A stretch of DNA of 64,000 bases from an uncultured Gammaproteobacteria bacterium (GTDB lineage: Bacteria > Pseudomonadota > Gammaproteobacteria > Steroidobacterales > Steroidobacteraceae). The notes beneath the pieces are model-generated. The model did no database searches and was not told where the DNA came from. It worked only from the letters and a program-made list of their open reading frames with translations. The stretch is from assembly GCA_963804465.1 (NCBI GenBank), contig CAWDQL010000011.1:3884-67883 (forward strand), in the 5' to 3' direction. The translations under genes were made by a program, and so were the position numbers. Shown one piece after another: positions 30,163 to 39,439 of the stretch; position 1 is the stretch's first letter, and the number at the start of each line of letters is the position of its first letter.

Positions 30163-30912
30163 TCAGAGGTTTGCCATTCCTCCATCAACGTTGAGCTCAA
30201 CTCCCGTGATGTAGGAGGCGTCATCAGAGGCGAGGAACGCCACCGCGCCTGCGATTTCTTCCGGGCGCCCGATCCGCCCCAGCGGGACACGAGAGGATAT
30301 GCCCGCCTTGAAGCCGTCGATCTGCTCTTCGGTCAGGCCGCTGCGCCCGAAAATGGGTGTGGCAATCGGTCCCGGAGCCACGGCATTGACCCGAATGTTC
30401 CGCGCCTTCAGTTCGGTGGCGGCCGTACGGGCAAAAGAACGCACGGCGGCCTTGGTGGCCGCATAGATTCCCATGTTCTCGGTGCCCTTGCTGGCTGCGA
30501 CGCTGGTATTGAGGATTACGGAGGCCCCGGCATTGAGATGCGGGATCGCCTTCTGAAGTGTGAAATACACGCCCTTTACGTTGGTCGCGAACAGCTCGTC
30601 AAACAGCGCTGCCTGCGAGGCGGAGTAGGGCGCGAATTTGGCGATTCCAGCGTTCGCGAACAGTACGTCGATCTTGCCGACCTTGGCCTCGACAACGGAG
30701 AACAGCCGCTCGATGTCCTCGAGCTTTGATGCGTCGGACTGCAACGCCACAGTTCCGGAGCCGATCGCACTCACCGCCGCGTCCAGGGTCCTTCGGTCCC
30801 GTCCGGTGATCACTACCCGCGCCCCTTCCTCGTGCAAGCGCTTGGCGCTCGCCAGGCCGATACCGCTGTTACCACCTGTCACCACCGCCACTTTGCCTTC
30901 GAGTCTCTTCAT
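30163..30912 (-). CDS. SDR-family oxidoreductase
   Basis: 249 aa with VVTGGNSGIGLASA (TGxxxGIG), NAG and YAATKAAVRSF (YxxxK). Confidence 0.9.
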   Translation of the reverse strand: MKRLEGKVAVVTGGNSGIGLASAKRLHEEGARVVITGRDRRTLDAAVSAIGSGTVALQSDASKLEDIERLFSVVEAKVGKIDVLFANAGIAKFAPYSASQAALFDELFATNVKGVYFTLQKAIPHLNAGASVILNTSVAASKGTENMGIYAATKAAVRSFARTAATELKARNIRVNAVAPGPIATPIFGRSGLTEEQIDGFKAGISSRVPLGRIGRPEEIAGAVAFLASDDASYITGVELNVDGGMANL

Positions 30913-30995
30913 GATGAATCTCCTGGTTCGAATTGCGTTAGTACAGTATTATTGCACTATGGAACCAGTTGCAAAGACCGTATGAGAATGAGCAT

Positions 30996-31310
30996 ATGAC
31001 CCGTTTCGTGCATCCCGCGGCTGAGGACATCACGCTCGCAGGAGTGCTCGGCGCGCTGAGCGATCCAATGCGGCTCAGGATCTTCAAAAAACTGCTCGAG
31101 AGTCGCGACGGATCGCTGTCGTGCTCGGCAGCGGCGCCCTGTCCAGAAATGGCTAAGTCCACGCTTTCACATCACTTCCGCGTGTTGCGTGATTCCGGGT
31201 TGATCCGGACGACAAAGCAGGGCGTGGAAAACCTCAATTGCGTGCGCTGGGGTGAGGTGAACGCGCGTTTCCCGGGTCTGCTCAAGGCCATCATGAAGTT
31301 TCAGCGGTGA
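30996..31310 (+). CDS. ArsR/SmtB-family transcriptional regulator
   Basis: Start at the ATG at 30996. LSDPMRLRIFKKLL..., STLSHHFRVLRDSGLI (HTH_5). Divergent from the SDR gene. Confidence 0.8.
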   Translation: MTRFVHPAAEDITLAGVLGALSDPMRLRIFKKLLESRDGSLSCSAAAPCPEMAKSTLSHHFRVLRDSGLIRTTKQGVENLNCVRWGEVNARFPGLLKAIMKFQR

Positions 31311-31374
31311 AGGCCTGTGTGCCTTCCTCTGCAAAATGGCGCACAACTTGAGTAATGATTAACAGGAATTACCT

Positions 31375-32304
31375 ATGAGAGCGTTGATAGTCGGAGCGGG
31401 GAGCGTCGGCGGCTATTTCGGCGGCCGCCTGGCGGCTGCGGGACGAGACGTGACCTTCCTCGTCCGCCCTCGGCGCGCCGCCCAGCTGGCGGCTGGGCTC
31501 ACGATAATCAGTAAGGGCGAGGAGACCAGGGTACTCGTCAAGGCGATCACGATGGGCAAGCCGGCGGAGGAGTTCGATCTCATCCTCCTGGCAGTCAAGG
31601 CCTATCAGCTGGATGCCGCGATCGATGACTTCGGGGCCTATGTCACTCAGGGGAGCATGATTGTGCCCGTGCTCAACGGGATGAAGCATGTGGACGTTCT
31701 GCGTTCCCGTTTTGGATCGCCCCATGTCATTGGTGGGGTCGCGAAAATTGCGAGCACGCTGGATGAGGAGGGCCGGATATTGGATCAAGCTGATTTCCAT
31801 GACCTGGCTTACGGCGAATGGAGTCGCGAAAGGTCCGGCCGTATCCTGGCTCTCGACCAGTTCATGACAGGAGCCGGTTTCGATGCCCGGCTGTCCGCCG
31901 ACATCGAGCGGGACATGTGGGAAAAGTGGGCCATGCTGGCCAGTCTCGGCGCCATCACTTGTTTGCTGGATGGCGACATCGGTCAAGTGGCGCGCGCACC
32001 GGGCGGTACCGATCTCGTCAACAGTCTTTTCGGAGAGATCGTGGCTGCCATTGATGCGGCCTGGCGACCGCTCTCGAACCCGTTCAAGGCTCAAGTCCTG
32101 TCGCTATTAACCGATCGGCGGTCCAGTCTGACCTCCTCGATGTATCGCGACATGAAGGGTGGTTACCCTGTCGAGGTGGATCAGATCATTGGCGATCTGG
32201 TGGTGAGAGCGACCGAGAAGGGAATCGCCACACCTCTATTGTCCGCTGCTTTGACGCGGCTAAGAGTTTACGAACAGGTGCGGGCGGGCAGGAGCGGCCG
32301 GTGA
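31375..32304 (+). CDS. Ketopantoate reductase family protein (PanE/ApbA)
   Basis: 309 aa. N-terminal Rossmann MRALIVGAGSVGGYFGGRLA, then ApbA and ApbA_C regions (VPVLNGMKH, TSSMYRDMKGG..EVDQIIG). Confidence 0.8.
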   Translation: MRALIVGAGSVGGYFGGRLAAAGRDVTFLVRPRRAAQLAAGLTIISKGEETRVLVKAITMGKPAEEFDLILLAVKAYQLDAAIDDFGAYVTQGSMIVPVLNGMKHVDVLRSRFGSPHVIGGVAKIASTLDEEGRILDQADFHDLAYGEWSRERSGRILALDQFMTGAGFDARLSADIERDMWEKWAMLASLGAITCLLDGDIGQVARAPGGTDLVNSLFGEIVAAIDAAWRPLSNPFKAQVLSLLTDRRSSLTSSMYRDMKGGYPVEVDQIIGDLVVRATEKGIATPLLSAALTRLRVYEQVRAGRSGR

Positions 32305-32677
32305 CAACTCCCCGAATGGCCTATGCGTGTCCGTCGGACTCGACCAGGGCCGCTTAACGTGGTGTTAGCGACCGTTCGACGCTCCAGCAGGTGGCTCGCG
32401 GTTATTTACGGCGCGAGCGGTGACGCTGACGTGGCCGTGTTCTCCATTGATTCATACGGCGATCTCACGCCCGCAGCGACCTCGAGCTCGATCGGCGTGA
32501 GCGCCTTTAGCGGCGTGGCGATAAGCGAGTAGCGGCGATTTGCAGCTGCCGATGGCCCGGCTCTCGAGTGAGCGGGTGGCCAGGTATGATCCGTCGTAAG
32601 AAGTTGACTTGTTTGCCGGTCTCCTGAGGAGAGTGGTCCTGAGGTGAGGCCTTCATCACCCATCGAGGAGACAGCGG

Positions 32678-33061
32678 ATGAAATGCATTGCCGCAACCCT
32701 GGCGCTGATCCTGGTACTCGCGATCGGTACGGCGGGAGCCGCCGAGGCGCCCTTCGACGAGGCTACCTTTCACGAGCTTCTCGCGAGCGGCCAGCCGGTG
32801 GCCCTGGACTTCTCCGCCAGCTGGTGCCCGACCTGCCGCGCCCAGGCTCCGCTCTTGCGCTCGATCACGGGCGAGCCTGGGTTCAAGAACCTCACGCTGC
32901 TGGTCGCCGACTACGACAAGGAGACGGCGCTGCGCAAGACCTACAACGTGAGCATGCAGAGCACGCTGATCGTGTTCCGTAACGGCAAGGAAGTCGCGCG
33001 CTCGACGGGCGACACCAGCCGCTCGGGGCTCACCCGCCTGCTCGGCACCGCGCTGCACTAG
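32678..33061 (+). CDS. Periplasmic thioredoxin-family protein
   Basis: 127 aa with a signal peptide (MKCIAATLALILVLAIGTAGA) and a WCPTC active site. Confidence 0.8.
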   Translation: MKCIAATLALILVLAIGTAGAAEAPFDEATFHELLASGQPVALDFSASWCPTCRAQAPLLRSITGEPGFKNLTLLVADYDKETALRKTYNVSMQSTLIVFRNGKEVARSTGDTSRSGLTRLLGTALH

Positions 33062-33075
33062 CGCTCCGTTGCGGG

Positions 33076-33804
33076 ATGAGCTTCGGCCCCAGCACGTACG
33101 CTCTCGGCGCGCTGGCCGGCGTGCTGACGATGCTCTCCCCCTGCGTTCTGCCACTGGCGCCGATTCTCATGGCCGCCGCGGTCGGGCAGCACCGCCTCGG
33201 GCCGCTCGCGTTGGCGGCAGGCGTCGCGAGCTCTTTCACGCTCCTCGGAGTCATCCTGGCTGCCTTCGGCGCGCGGCTCGGGCTTGGCAACGAAGCGTTC
33301 AGAATTGTTGCTGCAGTGCTGTTCGTCGCCGTCGGCATGCTGCTGGTCTCGAGCCGCCTGCAGGCCGCCTTTGCGCAGCTCACCGCAAGGCTCGCCGGTG
33401 CTGGGGAGAACCTGCTGACGCGCTTCACCTTCGACGGGCTCGGGGGCCAGTTCGCGCTTGGGGCGCTGCTCGGCATCGTCTGGACCCCATGCGTCGGTCC
33501 CACTCTGGGCGCCGCCGTGACCCTTGCCAGCCGCGGCCAGGATCTCGGTGAAATCGCGATGCTGATGTTCGTGTTCGGAATCGGGGCCAGCCTGCCGCTG
33601 ATCGCGATCGGGGTCCTGTCGCGCGCGGCCTTCACGCGCAGCCGCAGCTCCCTGCGTGCCGTCGGTGTCTGGGGTCGAAGCGTCCTCGGCGTGCTCCTCA
33701 TGGCTCTCGGGCTTCTGAGTCTCACCCACGCGGATCGTACGCTCGAGGCGTGGCTCCTCGATCATACTCCCGCATGGCTGACGGCCCTTACGACGCGGTA
33801 CTGA
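33076..33804 (+). CDS. CcdA/DsbD-type thiol-disulfide transmembrane electron carrier
   Basis: 242 aa, 6 TM, with SPCVLPLAP and WTPCVGPTLG motifs. Adjacent to the thioredoxin gene. Confidence 0.8.
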   Translation: MSFGPSTYALGALAGVLTMLSPCVLPLAPILMAAAVGQHRLGPLALAAGVASSFTLLGVILAAFGARLGLGNEAFRIVAAVLFVAVGMLLVSSRLQAAFAQLTARLAGAGENLLTRFTFDGLGGQFALGALLGIVWTPCVGPTLGAAVTLASRGQDLGEIAMLMFVFGIGASLPLIAIGVLSRAAFTRSRSSLRAVGVWGRSVLGVLLMALGLLSLTHADRTLEAWLLDHTPAWLTALTTRY

Positions 33805-33850
33805 GGATCGCGCCTCTACTGATCTGCCTTCGCGTCCGCAACCACCCAGG

Positions 33851-34009
33851 GCGCGTGGGGAGATTCGCGAGGGTCTCGAGATCGAGCTGCTCCTCGACAT
33901 GTTGACCGGGCCGTTCTACTACCGCGGACTCTTCGGACACGCGCCGATCACCACGCACATGACTCACGACGTCGTCGAGTACGTTCTCCGGATCGTCAGG
34001 CGTCCCTAG
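33851..34009 (+). pseudogene. 3' remnant of a TetR-family regulator gene
   Basis: Hand translation gives ARGEIREGLEIELLLDMLTGPFYYRGLFGHAPITTHMTHDVVEYVLRIVRRP*, a typical TetR C-terminal ligand-domain end. No HTH-encoding 5' part lies upstream. Confidence 0.5.
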
Positions 34010-34253
34010 CTGATGAGGGATTGCCAATCGCAAGCGCGCAGCGCAGCTGAGGCGGAACCCTTTGCTTGCCACGGCGAGCGACTTGCGGCCCTGAGTTACG
34101 TGCCGTATGGGCATGTGTATGGTTCACGCTCATTAGATCGTGCTGGCAAGGTTGTCGGTGCGCGCTTCTGCGTCGTCGCGAGAGCGCCAATCCTGCGATA
34201 GCCGCGATTGTCTCTGCTAGGCTAGGACGGTCGGAAGCGTCATTCGGGCAAGA

Positions 34254-34625
34254 TTGGCAATGATGGGCGGAACATTGATAAAGACACTTCAAAGCGTTCC
34301 TATACCGGCTTTACTCCTGATCGCAACTGCGCTGGAAGCCAGCGGCGACGCCATTGTCAGATTGGCGATCTACGATCACGTCGGTCTGATCCGTATCGGG
34401 CTGTTTCTCGCTGGCGCGGCGCTGCTGTTAGGCTACGGATCGTTTCTCAACCTAGCACCGCTCGACTTTGGGCGCGTGGTCGGGCTCTACATTGCGACGC
34501 TATTTGTGGTCTGGCAGGTCATTAACGTCATCGTCTTCCGATCGTTCCCGACAATGCCCATCTTGGTCGGTGGTGCCTTGGTGATCGCTGGAGGTGCGAT
34601 CATCAGTCTTTGGAAGCCCGCTTAA
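34254..34625 (+). CDS. Small 4-TM membrane protein, YnfA/UPF0060-like
   Basis: 123 aa. LLLIATALEASGDAIVRL and GRVVGLYIATLFVVWQVIN...GGALVIAGGAIISLW resemble YnfA (ATALxExxG..., GRVYAAYGG...). Confidence 0.5.
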   Translation: MAMMGGTLIKTLQSVPIPALLLIATALEASGDAIVRLAIYDHVGLIRIGLFLAGAALLLGYGSFLNLAPLDFGRVVGLYIATLFVVWQVINVIVFRSFPTMPILVGGALVIAGGAIISLWKPA

Positions 34626-34749
34626 GACAGTTCAAAATAATTCCCCACCGATCGGCGATTACCGACAAAGGCGCTGGCTTAGGCATGCCACCTTTCCTGG
34701 TCTCAGAGGTGACCCCATCAAGCGCAGCGGGCCGGGGCATAGGCTCGTG

Positions 34750-36525
34750 ATGGAGAGCGAGGAGAGCCGTCGACTGCCGCTGCCGCAGCTCTCCCTGCTG
34801 GCACTCGGCCTCGGAGTCATCACTGGCCTTGGCGCCGTGCTTTTCCGAGATCTGATCGGCCTCGTTCACAATCTGCTGTTCGCCGGTCAGGCGATCGTCC
34901 ACTACGACGCCAACATCTTCACCGCGCCCGCGCCATGGGGTCCGCTGGTGATCCTGGTTCCAGTGCTGGGCGCCGTCCTCGTGACCTTCCTGGTGACCAA
35001 TTTTGCTCCCGAGGCCAAGGGCCACGGGGTGCCGGAGGTAATGGACGCGATCTACTACAGGGGCGGAGTGATCCGGCCGGTCGTGGCGTTGGTGAAATCC
35101 CTGGCCTCGGCCATCGCGATCGGCAGCGGTTCATCAGTCGGGCGGGAAGGGCCGATCATCCAGATCGGCTCGGCGCTCGGCTCCACGCTGGGTCAGATCA
35201 TCCGTATGCCGGCGGGCCAGCGGATCTCGCTGGTCGCCGCGGGCGCAGGAGCCGGCATCGCGGCCACGTTCAATACTCCAATCGGCGGGGTGATGTTCGC
35301 CATCGAGCTGATGATGCCCGAGGTGAGCGTGGAGACCTTTCTTCCGGTCGCGGTCGCGACGGGGACTGCGACATTCGTGGGCCGCTGGTTCCTCGGTGAT
35401 GCGCCCGCGTTCCACGTGCCCCCGCTTCAAGCCATGGCCGTCGATTCGAGCGCGTTGCTTGTGCTCGTCCTGTTCGCGGTGCTGGGCGCCCTCTGCGGTC
35501 TTGGGGCGGCAGGTTTCATCCGCGGGCTGCATCTGGCGGAGGATCTCTTCGATCGGATCAAGTCGCGTTACGTGCGGCACATGCTCGGCATGCTGATTGT
35601 CGGTGTGCTCATGTACCTCCTGCTCCGCACGCTGGGTCAGTACTACGTCGATGGCGTCGGCTACGCGACCGTTCAGGCAGTGCTGGCAGGGCAGATCTCG
35701 ACATTCTGGCTGCTGGGCCTACTGAGCGCCTGCAAGCTGTTGGCCACCTCCCTCAGCTTGGGATCGGGCTCTTCCGGCGGCATCTTTTCGCCGTCGTTGT
35801 TCATGGGCGCCATGCTTGGCGGGGGCTTCGCGGCGCTCCTGAACGCCATCGGTTTGCCAATTCAGCTCAGCGTTCCCGCCTTCGCCATGGTCGGCATGGG
35901 CGCGATGGTGGGCGGCGGAACCGGCGCGGTCATGACCGCTGTCACGATGATCTTTGAGATGACCCTCGACTACAGCATCGTGATGCCGCTGATCGTGGCG
36001 GTAGCCGTGAGCATCGGCGCGCGCCGGGTGCTCTCTCGCGAGACCATCTACAGCTTGAAGCTTGTGCGCCGCGGCCGGGCCATTCCAAAGGCGCGTCACG
36101 CCAATATGTTTCTGGTGCGCTCCGCGCGCCAGGTGATGGACGCCGACATCCAGGTGTTGCCGGCGGAGGCGAGTTTCGATGACTATCTGCGCCAGCCCGA
36201 GCATGCCGGGCGTCTGCGCCACGTCGTGGTCACCGACAATGGTCACATTTACGGGGTGATCCGCGTCAACACGGGCCTCCGCCGAGGCTTGGAGGGCGCC
36301 CATACCGGCGTGAGCTTGCGCGATGTCGCCAGCCGCAATTTCACGGTGGTAGGGGAGAACGAAACCGCCTTCGACGTTATCCGCCGCATGTGGCGCCGGG
36401 GTGCCATCATGGCGGTAGTCGTGCGCGGGCGAGGGATCCCACGTGGAAGCGACGTTGCCGGCGTGATTACCAAAGAGCATGTCGCTGACTCGGTCGCGGA
36501 CAGCGTCAAAGCCTATCCTGAATAG
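34750..36525 (+). CDS. ClC-family chloride channel/antiporter with C-terminal CBS pair
   Basis: Start at the ATG at 34750. Selectivity motifs GHGVPE, GREGPIIQIG and GIFSPSLFMG. The C-terminal ~130 aa has a CBS-pair pattern. Confidence 0.9.
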   Translation: MESEESRRLPLPQLSLLALGLGVITGLGAVLFRDLIGLVHNLLFAGQAIVHYDANIFTAPAPWGPLVILVPVLGAVLVTFLVTNFAPEAKGHGVPEVMDAIYYRGGVIRPVVALVKSLASAIAIGSGSSVGREGPIIQIGSALGSTLGQIIRMPAGQRISLVAAGAGAGIAATFNTPIGGVMFAIELMMPEVSVETFLPVAVATGTATFVGRWFLGDAPAFHVPPLQAMAVDSSALLVLVLFAVLGALCGLGAAGFIRGLHLAEDLFDRIKSRYVRHMLGMLIVGVLMYLLLRTLGQYYVDGVGYATVQAVLAGQISTFWLLGLLSACKLLATSLSLGSGSSGGIFSPSLFMGAMLGGGFAALLNAIGLPIQLSVPAFAMVGMGAMVGGGTGAVMTAVTMIFEMTLDYSIVMPLIVAVAVSIGARRVLSRETIYSLKLVRRGRAIPKARHANMFLVRSARQVMDADIQVLPAEASFDDYLRQPEHAGRLRHVVVTDNGHIYGVIRVNTGLRRGLEGAHTGVSLRDVASRNFTVVGENETAFDVIRRMWRRGAIMAVVVRGRGIPRGSDVAGVITKEHVADSVADSVKAYPE

Positions 36526-36590
36526 GCTCGGCTAGCTGGAATGGCCAACGCTGGTTGTTGAATGCGAGGGCCGGGCTGGCGCTCGTCTCC

Positions 36591-37217
36591 CTACCGCACT
36601 GAGGCGTACGGTGCCGCGGCTGCCCAGAGTTCAGCGGCACCGAGGCGCACTCGAAAGTCCGGGTTCGAATACACGTAGCGGATGATTCCGGACGTATCGA
36701 TGATGAACACCGACGGCACCGGCAATTCGTGGAGCGGCTCGCCGGTCGTCGCATCGAGGTCGACGCCGTACTTGCGCTGCTGTGCCAGCGTCGCTTCGTC
36801 CACGTGGTAAGCGATGTGGAACGCCTTCGCGGCCTCGAGACGGCTGTCCGACAAGAGGGTGTAGTGAATATCCGTCGCCTTGAGGCTCGAGTACAGGATC
36901 GCGGGTCGGTCGGTGCTCAGGAACACGATCTCGAATCCGCTGTCGCGCAGCTTTGGCTCAACATGCCGGAGGTCGTTCAGCTGCGTGTTGCAGTACGGAC
37001 ACCAGCCGCCGCGATAGAAGATGACGATCGTTGGCTTGTGGTAGCCATCGGGGCTGAACGTGCGGACAGCGCCTTCCTTGGTCCTCGCCGAGAAGGCCGG
37101 CGCGCGCGCACCGGCCGGCAGCGGGTGAACCTGGTTGGGATCGGTCGGGATGTCGGCTGCGGCCGTGACCGCAAGCAGGGTGGCCGCGAGCGCAAAGGAC
37201 AGGTACGAAAGCGTCAT
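36591..37217 (-). CDS. Secreted AhpC/TSA (redoxin)-family thiol peroxidase-like protein
   Basis: 208 aa with a signal peptide, FYRGGWCPYCNTQL redox motif and thioredoxin fold. Confidence 0.75.
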   Translation of the reverse strand: MTLSYLSFALAATLLAVTAAADIPTDPNQVHPLPAGARAPAFSARTKEGAVRTFSPDGYHKPTIVIFYRGGWCPYCNTQLNDLRHVEPKLRDSGFEIVFLSTDRPAILYSSLKATDIHYTLLSDSRLEAAKAFHIAYHVDEATLAQQRKYGVDLDATTGEPLHELPVPSVFIIDTSGIIRYVYSNPDFRVRLGAAELWAAAAPYASVR

Positions 37218-37271
37218 GGGAATTCTCCGGTGAGCCGGGCGGCACCAGCCGCCATGCAGTTGGGTTGAAGC

Positions 37272-37952
37272 TTAGGCGGCCGCGACGTGCCGGAACATGT
37301 ATCGGCGGGCCTCAGCGTCCATTTCCGTCTTGAACGTGAAGCGGTCTTTGAGAGCGTTCGCGCGTTGTGCTGCCGGCCGGGCGCTGATCAAATCGAACCA
37401 GCGCTTCAGATTCGGGAACGTCGCCCACGCGTCATCGCCGAGGATGAAGGGCACGACGCGAGCCCAGCCCCACGCCGCCATGTCCACGATCGTGTACTCG
37501 CTACCGAGCAAATAGGGCCCGTTCGCGAGTTGTGCGTCGAGAATGCCGTAGTGGCGGCGCGCCTCGAACTGGTAGCGCTCGACGGCGTAGTCGAGGCCCT
37601 TCGGCGCGAAGTGCTTGAAGTGGACCGCCTGGCCCGAGTAGGGTCCGACGCCCGTCGCGATGAACATCATCCACGAGAAGAGCTCGGCACGTGCCTTGGG
37701 CGTGTGCTTCGGGAGGAACTGGCCCGTCTTCTCGGCGAGGTATAACAGGATCGCGTTGCTGTCGAAGACGCGCACCTCGCCGTCGACAATGGCCGGTACC
37801 TTGCTGTTGGGGTTGATCGCGATGAAGTCCGGAGCGAACTGCTGCCCTTGGCGCGTATCGACCGGGATCACCTCGTACGGCAGGCGGCATTCCTCGAGGA
37901 ACAGCGCGACCTTGGCGGGGTTTGGCGAGGTGTTGTAGTAGAACTTGATCAT
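37272..37952 (-). CDS. Glutathione S-transferase (Nu-class/YfcG-like)
   Basis: 226 aa. MIKFYYNTSPNPAKVALFLEE..., INPNSKVPAIVDG and a GST_C region. Confidence 0.85.
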   Translation of the reverse strand: MIKFYYNTSPNPAKVALFLEECRLPYEVIPVDTRQGQQFAPDFIAINPNSKVPAIVDGEVRVFDSNAILLYLAEKTGQFLPKHTPKARAELFSWMMFIATGVGPYSGQAVHFKHFAPKGLDYAVERYQFEARRHYGILDAQLANGPYLLGSEYTIVDMAAWGWARVVPFILGDDAWATFPNLKRWFDLISARPAAQRANALKDRFTFKTEMDAEARRYMFRHVAAA

Positions 37953-37975
37953 GTCACAGGCTCCGGAGTAGTCAG

Positions 37976-38674
37976 TCAGCGGATGGTGTCGGCGGTCTGC
38001 CCGAAAAGGATCTTGCGGCTCTCCTCGGTGACGACTGGGCCGGAACGGAGTGCCTCACCGCGAGCGTAGGCGCGCACGGTCGCGGGCCGGGCAGCGATTT
38101 CATGGAACCAGCGCGCGAGCGACGGGAACTGCGCGAGGTCCTGAGATTGCATCTGCCACGGCACGATCCACGGGTAGGACGCGACGTCCGCGATCGTGTA
38201 CTCGCTCCCTGCAAGGTACGGCACGGTTGCGAGTCGGCGATCGAGAACCCCATAGAGGCGATTGGTTTCCTTGACGTAGCGGTCGATCGCGTACGGGATC
38301 TTCTCGGGGGCATAGCGGCTGAAATGGTGGTTCTGTCCGGCCATGGGGCCGAGGCCGCCGACCTGCCAGAACAGCCACTCGAGCACCGTCTTCTGGCCGC
38401 GCCGATCGCTCTGCCACAGGCGGCCGGCTTTCTGGGCGAGGTAGACGAGGATAGCGCCTGACTCGAACACTGTTATCGGTTCGCCACCGTCGGCCGGCGC
38501 CCGGTCGATGATCGCGGGCATCCGGTTGTTCGGGCTGAAAGCCAGGAACTCGGGCTTGAACTGATCACCCTTCGAGATGTCCACCGGCACTATCCGGTAA
38601 TCGCCGCCGACTTCTTCGAGGAACATCGTGATCTTGTGGCCGTTCGGCGTTGGCCAGTAATAGAGCTCGATCAT
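37976..38674 (-). CDS. Glutathione S-transferase (Nu-class/YfcG-like), paralogue of the preceding gene
   Basis: Start at the ATG at 38674. MIELYYWPTPNGHKITMFLEE..., FSPNNRMPAIIDR and a GST_C region. Confidence 0.85.
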   Translation of the reverse strand: MIELYYWPTPNGHKITMFLEEVGGDYRIVPVDISKGDQFKPEFLAFSPNNRMPAIIDRAPADGGEPITVFESGAILVYLAQKAGRLWQSDRRGQKTVLEWLFWQVGGLGPMAGQNHHFSRYAPEKIPYAIDRYVKETNRLYGVLDRRLATVPYLAGSEYTIADVASYPWIVPWQMQSQDLAQFPSLARWFHEIAARPATVRAYARGEALRSGPVVTEESRKILFGQTADTIR

Positions 38675-38736
38675 AGGATGGCCTCGTGCTGTGGTGAGCT
38701 GTCTGTTGGCGCTTCGGCGTCGGGGGGACGATTGGC

Positions 38737-39429
38737 TCAGAACCGCTCGACCCAGGGTCGCAGTTCGATTTCCCACGTCCATGCGTCGCGCGGTTGGCGG
38801 GCAAGCTGTAGGTAGGTCTCGGCGATCGAGTCGGGTTCGAGCACGCTCGCCGGGTGCGCAGGATCTGATAGGCTGCCGGGCCGTCGGATGACGCCGTCGA
38901 TGACGATATGGGCGACGTGGATCCCGAGCGGTGCGAGTTCGCGTGCCATGCTTTGAGCGAGCCCGCGCAGCGCAAACTTGCCCATTGCGAACGGCGCCGA
39001 TTGCGCATAGCCCTTGGTGCTGGCAGATGCCCCGGTCAGGAGTATCGTTCCGCGGCCGCGTGGCACCATCTGGCGCGCCGCCGCCTGGCTCACGAGAAAA
39101 CCGCCATACGCGGTTACGGCGATGGCGCGCCGGACTTCGGCGGGATCGAGATCGACGAGGGGACCGCGCAGACGCCCGCTCGCGTTGTAGACGACGAGTT
39201 CCGGCTCGCCGAGAGCGTGGGTCACGGCGTCGAAGAGCGCCGCGACAGCCGGTGCCTCGCTCGCGTCACAGACGAATGCACGCGCGCCGCTTTCGGTCTC
39301 GAGGTCGCGGAGCTTCTCTATAGTCCGGGCTGCGAGCGCCACCTGGTAGCCCTCGATTCGCAGGCGCCGCGCGAGCGCCGCGCTCAGTCCCGCCCCTGCG
39401 CCCACAATCAAAGCGGTCGGCTCAGTCAT
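38737..39429 (-). CDS. SDR-like NAD(P)-binding oxidoreductase
   Basis: Start at the ATG at 39429. ALIVGAGAGLSAALARRL Rossmann motif. The YxxxK region is atypical (FAMGKFA). Confidence 0.75.
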   Translation of the reverse strand: MTEPTALIVGAGAGLSAALARRLRIEGYQVALAARTIEKLRDLETESGARAFVCDASEAPAVAALFDAVTHALGEPELVVYNASGRLRGPLVDLDPAEVRRAIAVTAYGGFLVSQAAARQMVPRGRGTILLTGASASTKGYAQSAPFAMGKFALRGLAQSMARELAPLGIHVAHIVIDGVIRRPGSLSDPAHPASVLEPDSIAETYLQLARQPRDAWTWEIELRPWVERF

Positions 39430-39439
39430 GTTCGTGGCC

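Noticed and set aside
32323-32532. 69-aa ORF ending ..DADVAVFSIDSYGDLTPAATSS.., reminiscent of the last blade of lactonase-type beta-propellers
   Set aside because: The similarity is short and from memory only, and the N-terminal half is Arg-rich junk. At most it is a gene remnant, so it is not reported as a feature.
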